Shown here piece after piece: positions 44,468-64,000 of a stretch of DNA of 64,000 nt. Each line of letters begins with the position of its first letter. The stretch's first letter is position 1. Source of the stretch: Eimeria praecox (taxonomy: Eukaryota); NCBI GenBank assembly GCA_963920595.1, contig OY986949.1, forward strand, positions 2,356,001 to 2,420,000, given 5' to 3'. A program made the position numbers and the translations under genes. The notes under the pieces were generated by a model. It saw nothing but the letters and a program-made list of their open reading frames with translations. It was not told where the DNA came from and searched no databases.

Positions 44468-45260
44468 CGGTAGAGGGAATAGATGAGAGGAGTACAGGCC
44501 TTTTCTGTTTCTTCTTTGATTTTCCTTCTTAATATCTAAAAAATCTAAATACGTTTGAAGTAGTTCTTCTTTATTTTTTTGGTTTTTACCTCCATCATTC
44601 ATACCTGCATGCAAACCCTAAACCCTAAACCCTAAACCCTAAACCCTAAACCCTAAACCCTAAACCCTAAACCCTAAACCCTAAACCTTAGACCCTAAAC
44701 CTTAAACCCTAAACCCTAAACCCTAAACCCTAAACCCTAAACCCTAAACCCTAAACCCTAAACCCTAAACACTAGGCTTCAAATCTTAAACTCTGCTGTT
44801 AATGCAACTTTCGTGCAAGTCTACAATATCTAAACTCAAGATACTCTGTCGCCTTGAGGACTTAGGGTTTAGGGTTTAGGGTTTAGGGTTTAGGGTTTGA
44901 GTTCAGATAAAGTTATGGGATTTAGATGATGACTGGGCTCGCCTCTGTTCTTTCGAAGGACATTCTCTCACTAGGGTTTAGGGTTTAGGGTTTAGGGTTT
45001 AGAGTTTAGGGTTTAGGGTTTGAGTTCAGACAAAGTTATGGGATTTAGATGATGACTGGGCTCGCCTCTGTTCTTTCGAGGGACACTCTCTCACTAGGGT
45101 TTAGGGTTTAGGGTTTAGGGTTTAGGGTTTATAGGCACCGAAGTCATTATCGTCCCACGTTCCGTCTATAAAATAAACATTTGATTTTAGGGTTTTGTAG
45201 CTTTCCGTTGAAGATACACCAGACAGAGCAGCAGCTACAGATTCAACATCCGGCCCTTCT

Positions 45261-45302
<42 letters not shown>

Positions 45303-45674
45303 ACAGCAGGGCAGCAGCAGCAGCAGCAGCAACAGCAAATGTAGCCGCAGAACGCATTCAAACAGCAGCAGCAATAGCAACAACAACGACAACCAGCAGC
45401 AACAGCAGCAGCACAACCAGCAGCAGCAAGACATCCAGCAGCAGCAGCAGGGCAGCAGCAGCAGCAGGACAGCAGCAGCAGCAGGACAGCCAGCAGCAGC
45501 AGCAGCAGCAGTACAGCCAGCAGCAGCAGCAGCAGCAGTACAGCCAGCAGCAGCAGGACAGCCAGCAGCAGCAGCAGCTCAACCAGCAGCACAAGCAGCA
45601 GCAGCAGCAGGACACTCAGCAGCAGCATCAGCAGCAGCAGGACAGCCAGCCAGCAGCAGCAGCAGCAGGACAGC

Positions 45675-45706
<32 letters not shown>

Positions 45707-45784
45707 CTGCATATCCTGCGTCTCCAATCCATATCCATCCATCTGGTTTCGTTGCTGCAACTGTCTCAAAGACCTTCTCGCGTC

Positions 45785-45822
<38 letters not shown>

Positions 45823-45978
45823 ACAGCAGCACCAGCTGCTGCTGCTGCTGCTGCTGCTGCTTCTGCTTCTCTCTCCCATCTTTGTTTTTGTTTAAAACAT
45901 GAACCAAACGCTAAACGATAGAGAGGAAAGTTATATACTACATCAGCAGCAGCAAGATTGTTTGCTGCTGCTGCTGCT

Positions 45979-46009
<31 letters not shown>

Positions 46010-46136
46010 CGTTGTCTGTTGCTGTTGCTGCTGCTGCTGCTGTTGTTGTTGGGGTTTGTACTGGATCTGCTGCTGCTGCAGCACTTAAAATAGCAACAGA
46101 ATGCAGCAGCAACACCGCTGCAGCCAGCATACTCAT
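40770..46136 (-). CDS. phoD: PhoD-family phosphatase with N-terminal signal peptide and hydrophobic C-terminal segment. Exons 46136-45707, 45258-45139, 44604-44097, 43880-43769, 42801-42655, 41650-41485, 41224-40770
   Basis: LAFGSC, WIGDAGY, GTWDDNDFGMNDG, LLDTR, LGDEQWRWLE, ESW, LLSGDIH, ELTSSGLTH and NFG occur in PhoD order. One intron requires a GC donor. Confidence 0.9.
41965..42640. repeat. Extremely AT-rich intronic repeat (TAA/TTA, ATTATA variants)
   Basis: Read directly; lies within PhoD intron 42654-41651. Confidence 0.9.
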
Positions 46137-46144
46137 CGCTGCCG

Positions 46145-46183
<39 letters not shown>

Positions 46184-46229
46184 AGTCCTGCTGCTGTTTC
46201 AAGGTGTTAATTACAGTTGTCTTTGTTGC

Positions 46230-46237
46230 TGCATGCA
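46230..46237. promoter_or_regulatory. TGCATGCA palindrome about 95 bp upstream of the PhoD start, in a divergent intergenic region
   Basis: Exact motif match; function is inferred. Confidence 0.4.
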
Positions 46238-46343
46238 TTATATGCTGCTGCTGCTGTTATTGCTGCTGCAGCTACCTTGAACATCTACAATGTCGGTGGC
46301 GCTGCTGCTAGTGGTCCCGAGGCCACGGCAGCTCTTGCTGCTG

Positions 46344-46396
<53 letters not shown>

Positions 46397-46533
46397 AGAC
46401 CGCTGCCGACGGGAGGCTGTTGATGTCTTTAAAGAAGATAGTTTATATGTAAATAAGTATTTAGATGAAGCTGTACATACACCCGAAGATTAGGTCTTTA
46501 GCTGCATGTGTAGGTGTGTATGTAGGTAGGTGT

Positions 46534-46582
<49 letters not shown>

Positions 46583-47190
46583 TCCCGTCGCTGCTGCTGC
46601 TCTGCTCAGCAGCATATCGTGGGGTGTGTTGTATCTGTTGCCCTCAGTTTTATTTCTGTCTTTTCTTCTTGTTTTTTTATATTTATTAAAGCAGAATAAT
46701 TAAACAGGTCTATTTGTTATTGCTGCTGTTTGTTGCTGCTGCATATCTTGCTGCTGCTGTTTGTTGCTGCTGCTGTTTGTTGCTGCTGTTTGTTGCTGCT
46801 GCAGCAGCAGGGTTGTTGCTGCACACGCTGCAGCAACTTGCCCTTAGTTTTTTTTATCTGCGTACAACAAACAGCAGCAACAGCAGCAGCAGCAATTGCA
46901 GCAGCAACACTTGCAGCAGCAGCAGTACTTGCAGCAGCAACACTTGCAGCAGCAGCAGCAGCAGGAGGAGCAGCAGCAGCAGCAGCAAAAGCCTGCAGCA
47001 GCGCTTCCACAACACGCGCGCTCAGCTTCGCCTCCAGCAGCAGCAGCAGCAGCAGCAACTAAATTAACTGCTGCACAGCCAGCAGCAGCAGCAGCAACAG
47101 CAGCACACCACCACCCCCCGGCTGCAGCAGCAGCAGCAGCAGCAGATCTGCGTGTCAGTTACAGCAGAACTTCGCAGCACACAGTTTGAG

Positions 47191-47313
47191 ATGAAGCAGC
47201 AGCAGCAGCAACTGTCGCAGCTGCAGCGGCTGCTGCTGCAGCTGTTCGCTGTCTTCTTTCTGCTCTGCTGCAGCACAGCAGCAGCAGAGTCAGCAGCAAC
47301 AGCAGCAGCAACA

Positions 47314-47344
<31 letters not shown>

Positions 47345-47424
47345 AACCAGGCTGCACGGAGCAGGACATGAAGATTATTTGGATTCCTTATTCGTCCGCG
47401 CTGCAGCAGCCGAGTCTGCTGCTG

Positions 47425-47460
<36 letters not shown>

Positions 47461-47600
47461 AAGCACCATCATCACGGAACAGCCAGCGCATTTGCTACTA
47501 TCCAGCATTTAGCTGCTGAAGCAGCAGCAGCTGCAGGCAGAGCTCATGAGGCAGTTGTTGCAGCAACTGCTGCTGCTGCTGCTGTCCTTGCTGATGTTCC

Positions 47601-47635
<35 letters not shown>

Positions 47636-47771
47636 CTGCTGTGCTGCAGAACAGCAGCAAGAACGACAACAGCAGCAAAGGTAGTTCTAGCAAAAGCAGC
47701 AGCAGCAAGAGCAGCAGCAGCAAGAACAGCAGCAGCAAGAAGACTGGAAGCACCAGCACTAGCAACACGGA

Positions 47772-47812
<41 letters not shown>

Positions 47813-47993
47813 GCAGCAGCAACGTACGCGAGAAGTTGAGTTCTATGATAGCTATGAATGGGCGGGCGGCCCGTGAAGCAGCGCATGCAGCTCAATACGC
47901 TGGTGCTGCTGCTGCTGCAGCAGCTGCTGCTGCAGTTGCTGCTGCTGCTGTAGCGGCTGCAGCAGGCGACACCAGCAGCAGCAACAGCACCCC

Positions 47994-48030
<37 letters not shown>

Positions 48031-48064
48031 GGCATAACTTTGCCTCTCCCTACCCTACCAACAA

Positions 48065-48111
<47 letters not shown>

Positions 48112-48397
48112 ACAGCAGCAGCAGCAGCAGCAACAACAGGAAGAAGAGGCTTACATCCATCAACATATTTTTTCAGAATATTAGATGAATGCGGGCGTAG
48201 GTCTTTTGGGGACAAGACGAAGACTGCTGCTTGTTTGCTGCTGCAGGTGCAGCAGCAAATGCAGCAGCAGATAAGCAAGACTTGTGCTGCATGCTTTGGG
48301 GCTGCTACTGCATGCGCTGCTACTGTATGTAGACGATATTGCTTCATTAACACTTGCTCAGACCGCTGCATCGAGGTGCTTCTCCTGCTCTTGCTGC

Positions 48398-48447
<50 letters not shown>

Positions 48448-48837
48448 AAGGGGCTCGAGTTGATGGCTTAGAGTTTTGCTGCTGCGGGATATTTAGATAT
48501 GAGATTGAGGCAGCATACTGTTGCTGCTGCTCGTGTTGCTGCTGCTGTTGTTGCTGCTGTTGTTGCTGCTGTTTACTGCTGCTGCTGCTGTTGTTGCTGT
48601 TGTTGCTGCTGCTGTTGCTGCTGCTGCTGTTGTTGCTGCTGTTGTTGCTCCTGCAGTTGTTGCTGCTGCTGCTGCTGCTGGTGTTGTTGCTGCTGCTGCT
48701 GCTGCGCCTCGGATTGCATCTCTCAGGTTTAAGACATGTGCTGTCTTGTTATCCTTGTGTTTGCTGCTGCTGTTTGCTGCTACTGCTGCTGCTGCTGCTG
48801 CTTGTGCTGCTGTTTGTTCTTGTTGCTGCTGCTGCTG

Positions 48838-48878
<41 letters not shown>

Positions 48879-48964
48879 AGTGTAATACGAAGAACTGTGC
48901 AGACAGTTTGCTGCAGTGCAGCGGCCGTCGACAAGACGATTTTCCTGTACCTTGCGAGGGGTGA
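47191..48964 (+). CDS. Secreted cysteine-rich hypothetical protein. Exons 47191-48375, 48881-48964
   Basis: Signal-like LLLQLFAVFFLLCCSTAAA; Cys-rich domain ECGRRSFG...AAC...ISKTCAACFGAATACAATVCRRYCFINTCSDRCIE|CNTKNCADSLLQCSG...VPCEG*, joined by a phase-0 GT-AG intron. Confidence 0.8.
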
Positions 48965-49361
48965 ACAGACACATTCAATCTGCTGCTGCTGCTGCAGCAG
49001 CAGCAGCAGCAGCTGCTGCTGCTGCTGCAGCAGCAGCAGCAGCTGCTTCTCTGAAGTCGGCTGCAGCAGCAGCAGCAGCCGCTGCTGCTGCTTTCTCCTG
49101 GTTTATCTTCTCTTCAACTCGTTCTCATGGCTTCTCTCTCGGGTGTCTGTTGAGGTCGAGTCTGAATGTTATATGCTGCTGCTGCTGCTGCTGCTGCTGG
49201 TGCAGCAGCAGCAGCAGCAGCAGCAGCGAGGCGGGAGCGGCAGCAAAGGCTGCAGCATCTGTGCTGCTTTTTAGCAGCAAAACCATCACCAGCTGCTGCT
49301 GCAGATTTCTCTCCGTGAAGCAGCAGCAGCAATTCGATTCTTTTCTTATGCACCATCAACC

Positions 49362-49405
<44 letters not shown>

Positions 49406-49670
49406 AGCAGCAGCAGCAGCAGCAGCAGCGGTGACGGCGGCATCCTGACTTTGCTTATCATGCAGTGGCTGCTGCAGCCACTGCTGCTGCTGCTGCTGCT
49501 GCTGCTGTACGGGCCCGTCCCCGTGCAGCAGCAGCAGCAGCAGCAACAACAACAACAGCAGCAACAGCAGCAGCAGCAGCTGCAGCATCACCATGTGGAG
49601 GCGCTGCAGCAGCTGCAGCTAGCAGCAGCTGCTGTCGTTCCAGGTTCTGTCTCTTGTTTCTGCAGCAGCT

Positions 49671-49701
<31 letters not shown>

Positions 49702-49926
49702 ATATAAGCAGCAAATCAAAACAGGTGAAACAGCAGCAGCAGGTGCTGCAGCTAGCCACCAAGTGCTGCAGCAGCAACAACAGCAGCAACAGCAGCAACA
49801 GCAGCAACAGGTATCATTACAGCAACGCAAGCAGCAGCAGATGAAGGCGAGGGCATCCCGTCTATCTGCTGCTGCTGCTGCTGCTGCTCACATGCTGCTG
49901 CTGCTGCTACTGCTGCTACTGCTACT

Positions 49927-49960
<34 letters not shown>

Positions 49961-50042
49961 GAATTTTCTTCTTTCCGTAGGCCGTCGATGGCCTTGCAAA
50001 CCCTAAAACACAAACCTACCGTAACCCCTGTCTACATCCTTC

Positions 50043-50081
<39 letters not shown>

Positions 50082-50197
50082 CTGCTGGTGTGTCTGCGGT
50101 GTAGCAGGAGCAGCAGCAACAACACAGGGTAGATAACAACAGCAACAGCAACAGCAGCAGCAGCAGCAGCAACAGTAGCAAACACTGGCTCTATTTG

Positions 50198-50226
50198 TCA
50201 CGTCGTCCCCCTAGCTAGGATCAACA

Positions 50227-50320
<94 letters not shown>

Positions 50321-50592
50321 GCAGCAAGCAGCATTTAGACAAGGAAAAAGAGGCGATGTCTTGAAACATAAACTTCTTTGTTCACCCAAGACAAAGCAGC
50401 AGCAGCAGCAGCAGCTGCTGCTGCTGCAGCAGCAGCAGCAGCAGCAGCTGTCTTGCTTCTGCTGCAACAGTTGCTGCAGCAGCATCAGTTGCACCAGCAG
50501 CAAGACAGCTGCTGCTGCTGCAGCAGCTGCTGCTGTAGGTGCTGCAGTGTACGCTACAGGCATTACTGCTCTCGAGAATACTTTAACTATCA

Positions 50593-50640
<48 letters not shown>

Positions 50641-50796
50641 ATATAACCAGGGTAGAACAGTGTGTCTCTTCCTTAAACAGCAGCAACGAAGCAACGCCTG
50701 CATACTCCGCTCTGCAGCAAACTGCAGCAGCGTAGCAGCAGCTTCGGGTTTATTAAAGACAGACCAGATAGTCTTACCTTCATCATCATCATCATT

Positions 50797-50828
<32 letters not shown>

Positions 50829-51000
50829 TTGTTGTTGTTGTTGTTGCACCTTCTTCCGCTGCTGCTGCAGCAGCAGCAGCAGCAGCAGCAGATAAATCAG
50901 AAGTAGGAGGAGTAGATATATTTCTACTTTCTGCATGCAGAGGATCTCTCTTTGCTGCTGCTGCTGCTTCTCTTGTTACTGCTGCAGCTTCAGGTTCTGC

Positions 51001-51037
<37 letters not shown>

Positions 51038-51072
51038 AGTACAGCAGCAGCAGCCGCCCACGGCAATGACAT
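50198..51072 (-). CDS. Possible small hypothetical protein. Exons 51072-50778 and 50586-?; 3' end uncertain
   Basis: ATG followed by a hydrophobic Ala-rich stretch, non-repeat segment KRDPLHAESRNISTPPTSDL, and a strong donor G|GTAAGA in phase with the acceptor before VKVFSRAVMPVAY. No recognisable family. Confidence 0.3.
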
Positions 51073-51283
51073 CGTATGCAAGTAGATATTTATATGTTGT
51101 TAAGTTTAAGAGAAAACAAACTTTGCTGCTGTGAGGCTGCTGATAGTGCTGCTCTTGTTGCTGCTGCTACTGCTGCTGCTGTGGCTGTTGCTGCTGCTGC
51201 TGTTGCTGCTGTTGCTGCTGCTGCTGTTGCTGCTCGTAGCTGTGCCTTAGAAACAACAAAACTAGAAATTAAACGTTTCAGCT

Positions 51284-51332
<49 letters not shown>

Positions 51333-51518
51333 GCAGGAGCTCGGGTGGTTGGTCCAATGGTCTGTCCGTTCGCTGCTGCCGTCGGCAGCAGCAGCAGCAC
51401 CAACAGCAGCAGCAGCAACAGCAGGATAATTGGGTTTAAATAAATTATTATTAATTTAATTTTTATTTATTTTATGATTTTGGTTTGCTGTTAGATATGC
51501 TTTACAGTTTTAACTCAG

Positions 51519-51572
<54 letters not shown>

Positions 51573-51905
51573 GCAGCAGCAGCAGCAGCAGCAGCGGCAG
51601 CACCAGCAGCAGCAGCAGCAGCTGCTGCTGCAGTCTTGTGGGGATAGAGCTAAACGACTTCAGTGCGTAGGAAGGAGCAGCAGCAGCTGCTGCTGCATCA
51701 TGTGTAGAGCAGCAGCAGCAGCTGCTGCTGCAGCAGCAGCAGCAGCAGCAATAATTAAAGCCTTACATGTACGGGAGTATCAGCTGGTTGCCGCTGCAGC
51801 AATTATTGCTGCTGCTGCTGCTGTTGCTGTTGCTTCTGCTGCTGCTTTTGTTGCTGCTGCTGCTTTTGTTGCTGCTGCTGCTTTTGTTGCTGCTGCTGCT
51901 TTTGT

Positions 51906-51939
<34 letters not shown>

Positions 51940-52089
51940 TCAGCAAAGTGTGCAGAGAGGAGTGCTCGTTGATCTAGGGTTTAGGGTTTTTGTTTTCTTT
52001 CTAAGCCCCACATACAATAAACCCTAAACCCTAAACCCTAAACCCTAGACCCTACCTGCTGCACACAAGAGGTAGATATTTATTATATT

Positions 52090-52139
<50 letters not shown>

Positions 52140-52237
52140 TCTGTTTGTCTGTCATTGTATATATGAGGTCCGCATACACCCTAACTCTTTTCTATTTCTG
52201 TCTCTGCCCTTCATAGTATAAACCAACGACCTGCTGC

Positions 52238-52270
<33 letters not shown>

Positions 52271-52420
52271 CACTATCATTGCTGCTGCTGCTGCTGCTGG
52301 TTTGTAGGCTGTTAAATATCTAGAGCTGTTGCTGCTGTCTGAGGTGTCTGTACACCCGAAAATATCTGCAGCAGAAGTCGAAGCGCCGCAGCTTCTGGTT
52401 GCTGATGCCGCAGCATCTGC

Positions 52421-52454
<34 letters not shown>

Positions 52455-52811
52455 CTGCCCTGTTGGCAGCGGCAGCAACAGCAGCAGCAGCAGCGGGCAC
52501 AAGCAAACCAGATAATGTATACTTTACAACAACAGCAGCAACAGCAGCCTCACCACTAGCTGCAGCAACACCAACTGCTGCAGCAACAGCAACTGCTGCA
52601 GCAACAGCAACTGCTGCAGCAACAGCAACTGCTGCAACTGCAGCAGCAGCTGCAGCAGCAGCAGCTGCTGCTGCAGCAGCAGCAGCAGCAGCAATAGAGT
52701 GTCTACACTCTGTATTGTTTATCGCTGTATAAGAAAGTTAACAAAGTTGCTGCTGTGTCTTGCTGCTGTCTCTTGTCTTTGTCTGTCTGTCTCCTTCTTA
52801 ATTATATATAT

Positions 52812-63301
<10,490 letters not shown>

Positions 63302-63438
63302 CTGCAACAAAACCCTAAACCCTAAACCCTAAACCCTAAACCCTAAACCCTAGACCCTAAACCCTAGCAGGCTGAAAACACTTAGTGCATACGCATGCTC
63401 TTATTCACTCTTCGTCGCATTTCCTCTCTGAGGAGATT

Positions 63439-64000
63439 AGGGTTTAGGGTTTAGGGTTTAGGGTTTAGGCTATCTGTCTACAAAGCAGGAAGTGAAGCTA
63501 ACAGAGTGTCTTAGGGTTTAGGGTTTAGGGTTTAGGGTTTAGGGTTTGTCTCGACTGTCTAAGGAGCAAGATGTTGGCATTTGCTAGGGTTTAGGGTTTA
63601 TATTAACTGTCTACTCAGCAGGAAGCCACGTAAATAGGACTCTCTTCAAACCTAGGGTTTAGGGCTTAGGGTTTAGGGTTAGGGTTTAGGGTTTATATTA
63701 ACTGTCTAGTCAGCAGTAAGCCAAGTAATCTAAACCCTTTCTTCAAACCTAGGGTTTAGGGTTTAGGGTTTAGGGTTTCTATTAACTGTCTAAGGACCCC
63801 GCAGTAAAGTACTAATAACTTTTTTCAATGCTAGGGTTTAGGGTTTAGGGTTTAGGGCTTAGGGTTTAGGGTTCCTATTAACTGTTTAAGGACCAGGCAG
63901 TGAAGTACTAATAACTTTTTTCAAAGCTAGGGTTTAGGGTCTAGGGTTTAGGGTTTAGGGTTTCTATTAACTGTCTAAGGACCCCGCAGTAAAGTACTAA
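63439..64000. repeat. Higher-order satellite: (AGGGTTT)n tracts alternating with a related spacer TATTAACTGTCTA...GCAG...
   Basis: Spacer copies begin near 63601, 63696, 63780, 63876 and 63965, with degenerate copies near 63471 and 63555. Confidence 0.85.

Noticed and set aside
63439..64000. CRISPR-like repeat-spacer array or chromosome end
   Set aside because: The spacers are related to each other, the repeats are telomeric heptamers, there are no cas genes, and the array lies within a COPB2 intron.

Overview
Eukaryotic, intron-rich DNA saturated with (CAG/CTG)n and telomere-like (AAACCCT/AGGGTTT)n repeats, the known signature of Eimeria-type coccidian (Apicomplexa) genomes; the species cannot be determined. 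Almost all ORFs in the supplied track are repeat artefacts. By following splice sites and reading-frame phase by hand I reconstruct these genes in order: a BLTP2/Hobbit/FMP27-like lipid-transfer protein (+), MLH1 (-), a twin-CX9C (CHCH) protein (+), proteasome beta-7/PSMB4 (-), CFAP206 (+), a PhoD-family phosphatase (-), a secreted 14-Cys protein (+), a doubtful small ORF (-) and beta'-COP/COPB2 (-, 5'-partial). Bases 1-12952 recur almost identically at about 17180-30029 across a 200-N gap, either as a haplotype/assembly duplicate or as a real tandem duplication whose only complete gene is MLH1. The most striking unexplained structure is intron architecture. At least 8 introns begin with (AAACCCT)n at the donor and end with the complementary (AGGGTTT)n at the acceptor, and one does the same with (TAGA)n/(TCTA)n, so these introns could fold into hairpins that bring the splice sites together. 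There are also two GC-AG introns and several short duplications of exon-intron junctions that bracket microsatellite blocks. Family assignments come from recalled motifs, not database searches.
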